Of a stretch of DNA of 64,000 nt, positions 11,473 through 22,780 are shown piece after piece. Where the stretch lies: the NCBI GenBank assembly GCA_030068145.1, contig JAPJBO010000372.1:77284-141283 (forward strand), given 5' to 3'. Each line of letters starts with the position of its first letter. The stretch's first letter is position 1. The position numbers were made by a program, and so were the translations under genes. The notes beneath the pieces were generated by a model, which ran no database searches, was not told where the DNA came from, and saw only the letters and a list, made by a program, of their open reading frames with translations. This DNA comes from Diplonema papillatum. Lineage: Eukaryota.

Positions 11473-12458
11473 TTGCCCTATGCCTACCATAGTGAGCAAC
11501 GATCATGCAACGATGCAACGATGCAAAAAAAAAAAAAAACTCTCGCTCTACGCGTTCGCAGTCAGCTACCGGAGGACAAGTGCGCTGAATGGGCAACATG
11601 GGCCCTACACGCAGTGGGCAAGAAGTGAAGACAGCGGCAGCAACCCCTCAACCGGCAACAACATGATGAAGCAGTAGACACACCGCGTTCGTTCCCAACA
11701 CCCCGGCCAAGCAATACCAACACCCCAAGAAGTACTACTCTCGCGGTACCCAACTTCCCCCAACACCCTTGCGCGTCAAGAATCCTCCGAGTCCTCGAAA
11801 CTCCCCGCTATCAGCGGACATCCTGCACATCATCATCACCAACTCTCTCGTGCACCAGCCTGCAAACATCCCCTCAGCTCCGCCATCGCTACGCTCTGTC
11901 ACTCGCAGTCCACCGCAGCAGATCAGCAGCAGATAAACCCCCCGCTTTCAAACCCCTCTCCTGGCCAAGCAACCGTTTCTTAGCCCCAGACGCTCCGACC
12001 CAATCACCATTCCCTCAACTCCCTCAGGAATCAGCACACCTCCCAACCTGCATCATCCTTATTCAACAGAAGTTCGCGCAAACCATGGACCAAATCAGCC
12101 TCCCCCGCACTCGTCCGCAGCTCCGCCATCGCTCCGCTTTGGAAACCGCAGACCATCGCAGCAGATCAGCAGCTACTGTAAGTGAACTAATTCAAACAAC
12201 TCAATGAACGCCGTCACAGGCAACTGACTGAGCGAATATCGCCGGAAACACAAAAAAACCCATGATTTCCTGCAACGATGCAACGATGGTTAGGGATATG
12301 TGCGGAAACGTGCCAGGCGGACCGAGCTAAGAGAAAGCGGGTTTTTTAGAGTTATAGTTCGCTTGAGAATCCGGGATTTTAGAGTCTCCGGGTGACCTTC
12401 GTCGAATGGGCTCTTGTAAAGCTAATACGTACTGGGTGGGTTTGGGGGGGGGGCATGC

Positions 12459-15400
12459 ATGAGGTTTCAAGACAGACGACCCCGGAGCCGGCCCCTCCGC
12501 CCGAAGACTGCCCGTGTCAAAAGTATCTGCTGCAAGGATACCACATTCAAGCATGCGTGTGGGCAAGCACACCTCCTCGACACCTGCAGCGAACTAGTTA
12601 CGTTCTTCGACAAAGGTCGCAAGTTCCGCCCGGATGGCGGCGACGAAGCTATTTGTACTGAAGTGGATAGGGCGGTGGCTTTGTTCGTCGAGGGGTACAT
12701 TAATGACTCCCCGCCTAGTTTCGCCAGACTGCTGCGGCAGAAGATAATGTCGACCGTCGGCGTGACGCGTATTGGTGCCGAACCGGAGGTGACAACCACA
12801 TCGCGTCGACGCCTGCGAGAACTGCACAAGGACCTCGTAATTCTCCCGGTCGACAAGAGTTCTCACGACTTCGGGTTCGTGTGTAGAAGATTCTACAACC
12901 AGGATCTGTACACGAAGGTTAACCACAGCGTGAACTACGCCCCGAGCGAGAAGACACCGGAAGAAGTCGTAGCAGATCACAAGACGTACCTGGAGCAAAA
13001 AGGGCTGAGCCCCACGAACACCCTCCCCTACCTTTATGGCACCTTGAAACTACACAAGGAGGTGATAACCATGCGGTACATCGCCGGGGTCTCCCGCAAA
13101 AACACTGTGGGCCCGGGGGAGACTTTTCCTGAACGCGAAACACGCCGCCCCGATGCAACATTTTCATCGACGACGGATGCACAGCTGGATCTAACGGGTC
13201 TGTTGAAATCAGTCATGGAGATCCTACGGAGGGAGGACAACGACCGATTCAACGCGACCGGGTTTAGATTCTTCTGGATCACGGAGTCCAGTGACGACAC
13301 CGCCTTCTTTCTGAAGACGCATGTTGACGAGCTCTCGGGCCTGGTCGCGGGTACATGGGATTTCACGACCATGTACGACCAGCTGGGACTCGAGGAACTG
13401 CTGGAGGAAATCGCTGGTACCATCGACGAAGCCTTTGCAGCGGAGGCCGAACGGCTCGGCGTTCGGGTTGATGAACTGGTCCTAGTACGACCGAAGAGCC
13501 AACATGGGCCGCAGAAGAAGAAACGTTGTTTTGCGTTCATGCTGTTGACGGATCTGAGCTCACAGCAGGCAGCATATTCTGCACACGACCTCAAGGCCCT
13601 CCTCGCTTTCTGCCTGGCGAACACGTACGTACTGGTGAACGGCATCCTCATGCGGCAAATATTGGGCATCCCGATGGGCGCTAACGCCTCCCCAGACATT
13701 GCCAATCTCTTCTGCTACGCAAAGGAGAAGAGGTACATGATGAGACTCCTGGCTGAAAGGGACATCCGGCGGGCTACACTCCTCAGCATGACGCGCCGTT
13801 TTATAGATGACCTGCTCTGTTTCGGGACGAAACCCCCTCCCGAGTCCATCTACAGCATGGGGTACAAGCAGACGAATGCATGCGTAGGGGATGCGACTTT
13901 CCTTGGCATACGGATACGACATGAGGTCTCCGGCGCGTCTGGAAGGCGATACATGCGACTGTCGGTCTTGGACAAGGCGAAAGCCTACCCGTACCGCCCC
14001 CTCGCGTACACGTCAGTCCTGTCTACGGCCCCGTCAAACTTCGGTTCGAGCATCCTCATTGGGGCCCTCGTTCGCAACGGTAGGATCGCCAACAACATAT
14101 ATGATTTCAAGACCGAAATGAACAACACGGTCTTGAAACTCATGCGGCGTGGTTACCGGAAAAGCGTTTTGAAGAGTGGATTCCGCAAATGGCTCCTGGA
14201 CACATACCCAGAGGCCAAATTTGGCGAGCATTGCGGGAAGGTGCGGAGGCACTTCTTCTGGCTCATTCACGAGGTGGAACGCACTCTATCACTGCCAGAG
14301 CCGGCCGCGATGGACCTTGCGATCGAGCGCCTTCTGGCTGAAAGACCCTTCGTGAAATACAATGGCCGCCCCCAACCTGTCCCGGAAGCTGAAGATGACG
14401 CCCCCCGATCACCGCCCACCGAAGCACCGACCCGACAGGCTGACACGACCGCCCCCCGTGAGTCCACGCGGAAAGGCCACAAGCGAAAGGCTGAAGAGGA
14501 CGAACAACGGGCTTCAAAGCGACGCCGCTCGAATGTCCACAAACCGGTTCTAACAGTTGCCCCTCCATCCACGTGCTACCGATCAGTCGTTTGTACACAC
14601 CCGCCTTCCGTGAGGCATGATCCGACGCTGTTTGGCCCCGCCGGCCTCCCGAATCTGGGGAACACGTGCTTCTTTGGTGCGGTGCTGCAGCTCCTGCTAC
14701 GGGTTGGGCCGATCAGAGAGATGTACTGGAGCCTTGCGCAGGACCTCCCCAACTGCCGTGGATTTCTCGGGGACTTCCTGGCTTACTTTGCCATGCTGTC
14801 AAGCTCTCGCGACAGTGGTGACCAGCGTAGCCGGGATTGTCGGAGAATGGGTGTCCAAGCCATCCTGAGCATGTTCGCAAACTTCTGCGATGCACGGCAG
14901 CACGATGCGCACGAAGCTCTGGTAGCGATACTCAGCGCGACTAGTGCGACGCTGGGTCCGGACGAAACGGGGACCCCCTGCCCGGGCTACCAACTCTTCG
15001 TAACATGCTTGGAGAACGGCTGGACCAGCTCAGTACGATGCAGTGCATGTGGACGCACTTCTTCCAGCAGTCAGGTAATGCAATGTTTGCAAATTCCTTG
15101 CGGAAGGAAGCTGGAAGACTCTCTCCACGTGCACGGGTTTGTGAATCCGGAGAGAGTATGCGACTGCAAGGCTGTAGGTACGGTGGTTGAAAGCATGGAT
15201 CTCCGTCTGACAGCTGAATGTGTTCTGATGCAGTTTGGCATCTACACGAGAAACGGTGCCAGGCGCCAGAATGACGTGAAACTGCCCCCCTTCTTCGGAC
15301 CGCCGGACCATCTGCTACGCCTCGCAGCCGTCGTGGTGCACATGGGGGAGGATACGGCTAGCGGGCACTACGTCACGTACGTTGCGCAAGACACGGGGTG

Positions 15401-15845
15401 GATCCTCTTCGACGACCTGCACGTCACCTCTGTCGACGACATTCCGTGGGGTGACGTTTACCTCGCGGCCTTTGTCCGGATCCCCCGGAATGCCCACGAC
15501 ATGACTGTCCGTGCCCCGTCACCCTCCATGGTGCTTCCCACTCAGGATCGGCTACCCGACTTGCCTGCACCCCCAGGTTCAGCCGGTAATTTGATGAGCC
15601 GGCAGTCGGAAGGATCACCTGACTCCTTCTGCCCCTTTGGTAATTCGCCACCCTGCCCGCCCTTGCCGGACTCCCAATGTCTGACACCGCATGGTCAGTT
15701 GTTTGAACAGCAGTTAACAGGTTCCCCGGTGCTGCGATGTCAACACTGCTCCGTCGAATGCACGAAGGATGGCCAGACGTTCCAAGGTCTGAGGGGACTC
15801 CGCGCGCATGAGAGACGTTGCCACCTCGCGGGTGTGAGATTCTGA
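12459..15845 (+). mobile_element. Retroelement ORF (1128 aa): Penelope/TERT-like reverse transcriptase fused in frame to a ubiquitin-specific protease (peptidase C19/USP) domain and a C-terminal C2H2-like zinc finger
   Basis: True ATG at 12459. RT motifs 1/2, YLYGTLKLHK...MRYIAG, at 13026-13094 (compare PLE YGLPKIHK...PLRPIVS and TERT RFIPK...RPI). Motif A, WDFTTMYDQL, at 13359-13388 (TERT-like D-x4-YD). Motif B', GIPMGANASPDIANLFC, at 13668-13716. Motif C, RFIDDLL, at 13800-13811. USP Cys box GLPNLGNTCFFGAVLQLL at 14640-14697, QQDAHEF-like box RQHDAHEAL at about 14897-14923, and His box AAVVVHMGEDTASGHYVTYVAQDTGWILFDDLHVTSV at 15330-15440. CQHC-x18-H-x4-H at 15738-15824. Codon usage is less GC3-biased than host genes. 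Confidence 0.8.
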
Positions 15846-16194
15846 TCCGCGTCGTTTGAGCCTCATCGGGTTCTTGATTGCTGGCTGGTCTATGTTTCAC
15901 TCCGCACCCGTTTACCCTGACTAACGGGAAAAACTCGAAGTGTCTGTACGAGTGAACGCACACTAACATGAGAGGATGAAGGCACGTATATGCCGCCTGG
16001 CCCTGTGCTAGGCGTAGTTTGAGGTTGTACTTATTTCCGAACAACCTACCACGAGCTTATCCACCCACACCTCCATTTTTCCCCTTTCTTCTTATTTACT
16101 TTTTCCCGCCCGATGTCGCTGATGACTAACGGACCGTCGGACCCGTCCCAACGGGGGTGCTTATGGAAGCTGCAATGAAAGCTTAGACCGGAAC

Positions 16195-16310
16195 GGGCTA
16201 CATGGCAACCCCTGCTCAACATGTAGAACGTGGGGGGCCCTTGATCACATTCATTACGGGTGTGGTCGTGGTGTCGGTCGCAATAGTCGCTTTGCTAGCC
16301 AAAGAGAGAG
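16195..16310. repeat. Dispersed repeat family F, copy 2
   Basis: GCAACCCCTGCTCAACATGT...CGTGGGGGGCCC...GGTGTCGGTCGCAA, shared with 18355-18520. Confidence 0.6.
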
Positions 16311-16494
16311 ATAGAGAGAAAAAGAGCGCCAGAGAGAAAAGAAAAGATAACGTTATCTTCCGGAAAAGAAGGGTTACGCGAACCCCCGAAAAAATAATTA
16401 CCCCCAAAATATACAGAAAATAATAAAAACACAAACCGACGGTGACCCCCAAAACCTTTTTCAACCTTTCCAACACCCTTCAAGCTAAACCATT

Positions 16495-16525
16495 ATACAA
16501 CGACCCCCCCCCCCCCCCCCCCCCA
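16495..16525. repeat. Homopolymer C run (about 24 C)
   Basis: Direct observation. Other G/C runs of 10 or more lie at 7393-7403, 12441-12453 and 18052-18064. Confidence 0.9.
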
Positions 16526-16769
16526 CACGGAGACACTAACACCCCGGATCCCCACGCGAACTTCCAATCTGAAAGTAAAAGCACGTGACCGAAAAAAAGG
16601 ACCCCACTTCGCTTCAACGGGTCGACCGTTTTCAAACAAGGGCTGACGACCCCCTCTTGCCCCGAGGAAGAAGTCTTGCGACGACAACAACATGGCTTTT
16701 CAAACTCGGCGGGTGGCCCTAGCGCGCGCCCGTTGACCTGGCGTCAATACGCGCTTTACGAAGCGTGAG

Positions 16770-16915
16770 CATGTCTGTGCGAGGCATACCCAATACACAC
16801 AACTGTGCTAGGTCTACCCTCATCTGTGCCAGGCATGCGTCTGTGCTTAGCATATCCATGTCCGTGCTAGGCATCCACATGCCTGTGCTTGACATACATA
16901 CTGTGCTTATGCGGT
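16770..16915. repeat. Degenerate minisatellite, unit about 19-21 bp (CTGTGCTAGGCATNCNCATG), about 7 copies
   Basis: Recurrent CTGTGC(T/C)(A/T)GGCAT blocks. Confidence 0.6.
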
Positions 16916-17169
16916 GGCAAGCGGTTGTCGAAGCAAACAAACGCTGACGCCCAACTGCCTCCAACTGCATCAACCGCTTTGTTCTACTCAGCTCGGGACG
17001 ATCCTGCCCTCCTCCCCTCTTCAACCCGGCCAAACGGCAACAGCATGTGCCAGACTAGCCCACCCAACAAGGGGAGGTATGCTCCTTTTGGCAGGTTCTC
17101 TGCCGTTCTGGGGTCGCTGCCGCCTGTGTTTGTTTTCGTTCTTATATTTTTTTTCTGGCGGAAGAAAGA

Positions 17170-17465
17170 AGAAGAAAAAGGCCGCTCCTGGTCCAGGAAC
17201 GTGACGGTCAACCACAGCTTGCAAAACTTGAGTCGGAGGCAGCACAGTGCCACAACCCCGCGGGGGTCCGCTCTGCCCAGTGGCTGACCGTCTCGACGAG
17301 CTTGTGCTCAGCGCGAGCGCCAAGCCCCAAGGTGCGCCAAGCCTTTGGTGCTTTTCTTTGGGAAATTGGTAGAGCCACTTGACCCGGAGGCCCGTGGCTC
17401 TGCAGTACCGCCGAACACGTGAAGCTTGGCTCCCGTGCAGCAGGCTTTCCCTGGTACCTTTTTGG
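17170..17465. repeat. Dispersed SINE/MITE-like repeat family A, longest copy; core ...CCGTCTCGACGAGCTTGTG(C/T)TCAGCGCGAGC...CCCAAGGTGCGCCA...GGTAGCCACTTGACCCGTAGGCCCGTGG.TCTGCAGTACCGCCGAACACG.GAAGCTTGGCTCCCGTG.AGCAGGCTTT
   Basis: Other copies or fragments lie at 18055-18240, 22470-22556, 29118-29240, 37195-37290 and 39170-39335. The 5' module GGCCGCTCCTGGTCCAGGAACGTGACGGTCAACCACAGCTTGCAAA.CTTGAGTCGG is shared by 17170 and 39180. Confidence 0.8.
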
Positions 17466-18054
17466 CGGAGAAAAAAAAAGGAAGGAGAGGAACCAGAACT
17501 GACGAAAAAGTAGTTCGTGATTATCATGTACTCAACCGGACAGTAGGGCAATGCGGTCGGCTCTTTGCTTCCTTCGTGATTTGGACGCCGGTTTATACCA
17601 TGCGCCAGCCTCAGAAGCACTTTCGCGCGGACTGACCTGAGCGGTGCAAGAGTTAATCACCTTGCTCGCAGCTCTTCGCATGACTTTCCGGAGGACAGTA
17701 CCCGAAGAACAGCACTCGGCTGAAACTATTGAGCTTGCGCTTCTTACCAGGGTCAGCAGCCATGTTGGTGAAGTCGAACGCGCTGTGCTATGATTGCAAC
17801 CAGAGCAAGAGAGAACAAAAGCTCTGCAAAGGCCCCAGCATTACCAGTACTAATCGCCAACTACTTTCTTTCAAATTCTGCTTCCGTTGCCGTCCACGTT
17901 GGCTCCCAGCTGAGGGGCAGGACCTCGGACCGGATAAATTCCTCCGACTCCTCGGAGAAATTCCTCCGGGGCCTTTTTCGGCTTTTTACCTTGCGGAATT
18001 CCTCCGCTTTTTTCTGTTGGCGATCTTCGTAGTACCGCGTCAGCGATAGGATGA

Positions 18055-18240
18055 AGGGGGGGGGGGGACCGTCTCGACGAGCTTGTGTTCAGCGCGAGCA
18101 CCAGACCCCAAGGTGCGCCACGCCTTGATGCTATAGTTTGGTAGCCACTTGACCCGTAGGCCCGTGGATCTGCAGTACCGCCGAACACGCGAAGCTTGGC
18201 TCCCGTGTAGCAGGCTTTTCCTGGGTCGAATAATAGCACC
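18055..18240. repeat. Repeat family A, copy 2
   Basis: About 85-90% identity to 17290-17460 by eye. Confidence 0.8.
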
Positions 18241-19494
18241 TGTGTATTCTTCGATTTGTCGAATAATAACGCTAATAAAAAAACCCTCCCCACCGCACGT
18301 CCTCCTCAACCCAACGGAAGTAAGAACGCATATTACAGACCGATACGAGCTGCATGCAGCAACCCCTGCTCAACATGTGCTCGCCTGCCTTGATGGCACT
18401 TGCACCTTAAAGAACTCAATGCTCAACATGCATGCGCGTGGGGGGCCCAAGACTAAATTCAAAGCGAATTTCTTCTTGGTGTCGGTCGCAACACTTACAA
18501 ACATGGCTAGCCGTAATTAAAGTGTATAAGCATACCTACTACCCTCATACTACCCGCCTCACAGCCTCAATGGTCAACCGGAGACCCTAAAACACCGAAC
18601 CTCTAAACACAATAAACGCTAAATAAAGTTCCGGGCAGCCGAACAGTAGCAGGATCGAGTGGTAGTGTTTTTAGACAACCAGACGTGTGTCAAAAAACTG
18701 TTATTATTCGACCCCCCCTTTAAATGAACGAAGCGAAAAAAAGAAACGGATCTGGCGCTTCCTGTTTGTGCGCATTTACGTGGAAGCTTACGAGAAAAGA
18801 AGACAGAAGAAAGGAAAAGGAGTATTATTAGCGCGATGTTGTAAAGTGCCAAAGGAGTGAATATACTGCTCTCTCCTCCCCACAACACGCTGCACTGTTT
18901 TCTCTCTTCGAGTGTACATTTCATTGTCACTGCGAAAGGAAGTCTAATACCCCAGGGGTTAAGCTACGGGGATCCAACGGAGTCCAACGGACCCACAAGC
19001 AAAAAACGAGAGTCTAGTAAGGGGTCCATGGGGTCCGGCAACTCCTGCCAGGGTAAGCATGCAAACCGGAGCCGGTCCCCTCAAACCCGAAAATCCAGAA
19101 CTTCTAGAATAACCCGTGGAAAACGGGGGGGAAAAAAAAGAATCAACAACACAGAACTCCGGTGTGGAGCCGAGGCATCCGTATCTCTTGGAGTTGCACC
19201 GCATTTCCAGTCAGGTGTTTACAACCTTGGGTAAACCTTTCGTGTTCCAAAGGCGCGCGGATGAGGCGAGTCTGGTGAGCGAATTCAGGGCGCGAATCAC
19301 CCCCTGGGTGAAAAGTCAGCCCCAAAACCCTGAAGCGCTTCTGCTCAACCCACGTAGATGTGATTCATGTGAAAAGGAAAAGAAATGCGCACCGACGAAA
19401 AACAAGGACCCGCTGCTCTCCATTTTTTTAAAGTAAAATAGGAATACAAAACCACGCTCTTTTTTTTGGATGGATCAAGTGCGTACCCTCGCCT

Positions 19495-19760
19495 GTTTAG
19501 TTCCCCGTGGTAGACACGTAAACTAAACGGGCGCAATATTATTTTACATAAGCGCCAGCTTGAAAGGAAATGCTCGACGATGCTGCCCGACAAAGAACAG
19601 AAGGGATCCCAAGTGCTGTAACTACCGAACCACGTGTTGAACGGACGTAAGGTCATGCGGGTCTACCCCTACACGACAAATCACACAAACACAACAGGTC
19701 AAAGTCCTGAGTGAGAAAACAACACACGGTGGTGTAAGCGAAGAACAAATCAGATTGTGT
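19495..19760. repeat. Dispersed repeat family C (about 260 bp), copy 1; the second copy is at 33900-34150
   Basis: Shared block AAATGCTCGACGA.GCTGCC.GACAA....GAAGG.ATCCCAAGTGCTGTA.CTACCGAAC.ACGTGTTGAACGGACGT.AGGTCA...GGTCTACCC...ACACGACAA...AGTCCTGAGTGAGAAAA.AACACA.GGTGGTGTAAGCGAA...ATCAGATTGTGTTTGT.T.GT.TTTGCCCC. Confidence 0.8.
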
Positions 19761-20424
19761 TTGTATTGTATTTGCCCCTTACCTCGATATTTCCCCCCTT
19801 CCATTTGGAGTCGAAGCAGCTACGTCGAGTATTTCAGTATGGTGTTGTTTTGCGCGGGCTACTTTTTTTGTATAAGATCGAAGATCTTGGAAGGTTAAAA
19901 TTATTCCGACGAGAACTAACACTTGTACAAAGGTTATCACCCCGTCGCTCCGAGAAAAACACCGTAATTTACCCCTCGCTTAGAGCACAGTGCGCGAGTG
20001 CGTGGGATGCGCGAATGCGACTTATTTTTCCTGGCGATTTATTTTTCCTGAAAGGGCCTGAAAGGCCTGCAAGCCCGTCTCCAAGGGAACCCTGCAGTAT
20101 TTGAGGAAACTGGACCACCCGAGTGGGACCCTCTGATGATGGTCGATGGCCGCCTGTCACTACATCCAGGATCTGAGTTTGGGGTAGTTCGGTCAACGAA
20201 AGACTCTTGTTTTCTGCTCTGGCAAGTTTTGCCTCCTACTCTCGCGGTGTACGGTTTCCCTCAGCCACGCGATGATACTCACTTCGGTGCCCAGGTTACC
20301 GGTTGTCGGGGTGAAAAACCCTCGTGTTGCTCCAACCACTCCCCCAGATCCTGGGGGTTCTCCCGTTTTGTTGCGCTTCTTTGGATGTGAGGGAAACCTG
20401 GCATCCATGGCAAGCACCACGACT

Positions 20425-20525
20425 CCCCACCCATCGGCTTAGAGGACCGAAACACGGTGCAGATAGGACCAGTGCGGTATTGAGCACACGACCATTCCAA
20501 GCACCTTCTTGCAACCCCCGCGCAC
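20425..20525. repeat. Dispersed repeat family E (about 100 bp); second copy at 31850-31965
   Basis: GGCTTA.AGGACCGAAACACGG.GCAGA..GGACCAGTGCGGT.TTGAGCACA...CCATTCCAAGCAC.TTCTTGCAA.CCCC is shared. Confidence 0.75.
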
Positions 20526-20696
20526 CCCCCCCCTTTTGGGTACCCGAACATCGTGTAGTGGCAATTCATCTGGTCGCGGAAAACCATGGAGACCTCAGAA
20601 GATCAGTACTAACCCGTTGCGGTACGCGCGCAAATATCGCAATTTCGACCCTACCCCTTGGCAGGCCGGTTCTTTATTTCTTTTGAAGTCAATAAT

Positions 20697-20960
20697 CTTC
20701 GTACGTTACCCCGTTGCAGAAGAGGAATACTATTCCGACGACTACTTACACTTGTACACGGTTCTTACCCCGTGGCAGAAGAGGAATACTATTCCGACGA
20801 CTACTTACACTTGTACACGGTTCTTACCCCGTTGCAGAAGAGGAATACTATTCCGACGACTACTTACACTTGTACACGGTTCTTACCCCGTTGCAGAAGA
20901 GGAATACTATTCCGACGACTACTTACACTTGTACACGGTTCTTACCCCGTTGCTAACCCC
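20697..20960. repeat. Tandem repeat, 60-bp unit, about 4.4 copies (CGTTGCAGAAGAGGAATACTATTCCGACGACTACTTACACTTGTACACGGTTCTTACCC)
   Basis: Near-identical head-to-tail copies. The ORFs 20509-20976, 20658-21467 and 20714-20956 are artefacts of this array. Confidence 0.95.
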
Positions 20961-22159
20961 AGAAAACATCAGATAATAACCCCTCGGTTGCCCACTCTTG
21001 CCCCTCTCTTTGATAAATCTTTTCTTGGGGGCTCTACGTTTGTTGTATCATCAGCTTTGCACCCACGCGGCAGCGAGAACGAAGGAGTGCGAAGAACGGG
21101 TGCGAAGAGAAGCGTATCGTTTTCGTTGTCGAAAGTCCATTTTCGTAGCGCATTTCACGCTTACACGTGGACTGCCCATGTCGGGATGTGCACAGAGCCC
21201 AGGCGAAGTGTCTATATACATTTATATAAATCCCTGCTTGCGGGAAAAGAAAAAAGGCGGGTTCAAGCAACACACGATGGTAGAGGAGACCTACCAAGGG
21301 ATCAACCACACCTACTGGTGGGCGTGTCTGCTGTAGTTGGGAAAAAGAAAAGGAACAAGAAGAACAAATCAACCGAAAGTGGACGTCGTTTCCAGACGTG
21401 GCAAAGCCGCCAAGAGAAGGCGAAAACCCCCCCTTCCGAACTAAGTTTCCCCCCGAAACCGTACTGATGCCGGGTTTCATTGAACCCCCGACCTCCCCGT
21501 CCCTGGCCTTTACCCTACCCTTATTGATTTAGGGTTTACTGTAGGGTGGGGTGACCTTATCCCAGCACAGGTTGCTTCAGCGTTTTGCAGAGAATCCGCC
21601 CGCTCAGCCCTAGGACCGACCGTGCTGTGAGATAGGGTAGGGTCAGGGGTGGGGGTCTGTTTGATTGAACGGACACCCTGCAAGTTAGTGCGGGCACTGC
21701 CCCTCCTCTTTTTTCTCCCCCCCCCCTTAGGGATAATAGGCTGCGGAACCAACTTTCCCTTGGGTCGCCCGGCGGCTCGAACGGGAGTCGTTCTCCATAG
21801 CGCGCCGATCTTCTTTTACAGTTCCCGCCAACACACACCCCCAACCCACCCGTTCTTCTTTTCTATCGTATTCTGTTCGTTTTCCGTTCAGTTGAGTCGC
21901 CAGTGGCCCTGTTTCCGGTGCTTCGCCGTTCGACCGGGTACCCGCAACGTTGCGAACGGAACGCATGTATCGGGCCTATGGGCGGCATTCCCTTGAAGAA
22001 GTGGGTGAGCTGCACGTTGCTGAACCCAACGAACATGCCGCAGCCTTCTACGCCAAAGTCGTGTGTACGACACGACACGGTTACCTTCCTGGTCAGCTCG
22101 AGAAAGTGTGCAGATTGCGAATGTCCGCTTTTACATCGCTCCGTCGAGACCAGTGTTGT

Positions 22160-22225
22160 CCGTAGACGTGCAGACGTCTGCGTCTGCGTCTGCAGATTTT
22201 GAAAACGCAGACGCAGACGTCTGCA
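22160..22225. repeat. Hairpin-forming inverted repeat (about 21-bp arms, 10-nt AT loop)
   Basis: TGCAGACGTCTGCGTCTGCGTCTGCAG attttgaaaa CGCAGACGCAGACGTCTGCAG; the arms are reverse complements. Confidence 0.8.
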
Positions 22226-22555
22226 GAATCGGCCTGCAGGTCAGCCTGCTCGGGATATCCTTCACGTGGACGTGCAGACTCCAGGAATAAAGAAGGCCCA
22301 GCCGTGCAGCTTCGAAGTCCGCCTCCATCCAACTTCCATGAGGCTGAAGAGGTGTGGTTGGACAGAAGTAGAAGGCAGGTTGTTCCGGGTAGCATGCTAC
22401 ACTTATAGTCGTCGATGCTCTGTCTGCTTGTGTTCAGCACAAGTGCCGCCTCGGTGCTTTGGTTTCGCGAAAAGTTATCTCTTCGCACGCGTTAAAGCGA
22501 AAGCTCCAAATCCCAAGGTGCGTCACGCTAGTTTGGGAAGTCGGTAGCCACTTGC

Positions 22556-22780
22556 AGAAATGTTGAGCCAAGTGCCGGATGGAGAAGCTGACAGCCTCCC
22601 ACGCTCTATGCGTCCCCCCGAAGGATCCCGCTACCCACCCTTCGGTGCGGAGTCACAGGACCCAAAAACAGCGTGTCGGAAACTCAAAGCCGACAAAGTG
22701 ACAAGTGGGCTGTACTTCGATTCAGCCGTTACCCACTCAAAGCCCTGCACTTAAACACACACACACACAAGGAAAATTTC
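22556..22780. repeat. Dispersed repeat family B (about 200 bp); second copy at 24093-24310
   Basis: Shared TTGAGCC.AG.GCCGGATGGAGAAGCTG...CCCCGAAG.A.CC...CACCCTTC...GAGTCACAG.ACC......GCGTGTCGGAAACTCAAA.CCGAC....GTGACAAG.GGGCT.TACT....T.CAG.CGTTACCCACTC.A...C.TG.ACTTAAACACAC.CA.ACACA. Confidence 0.8.

Noticed and set aside
20658-21467. ORF of 269 aa with repeated RCRRGILFRRLLTLVHGSYPVAEEEYYSDDYLHLYTVLTP
   Set aside because: Generated by the 60-bp tandem repeat at 20697-20960; no ATG-start support and no codon bias.
21515-21545. TTTAGGG telomere-like motif (gatttagggtttactgtagggtgggg)
   Set aside because: There is a single imperfect occurrence with no tandem array. It is mentioned only as a weak taxonomic hint.
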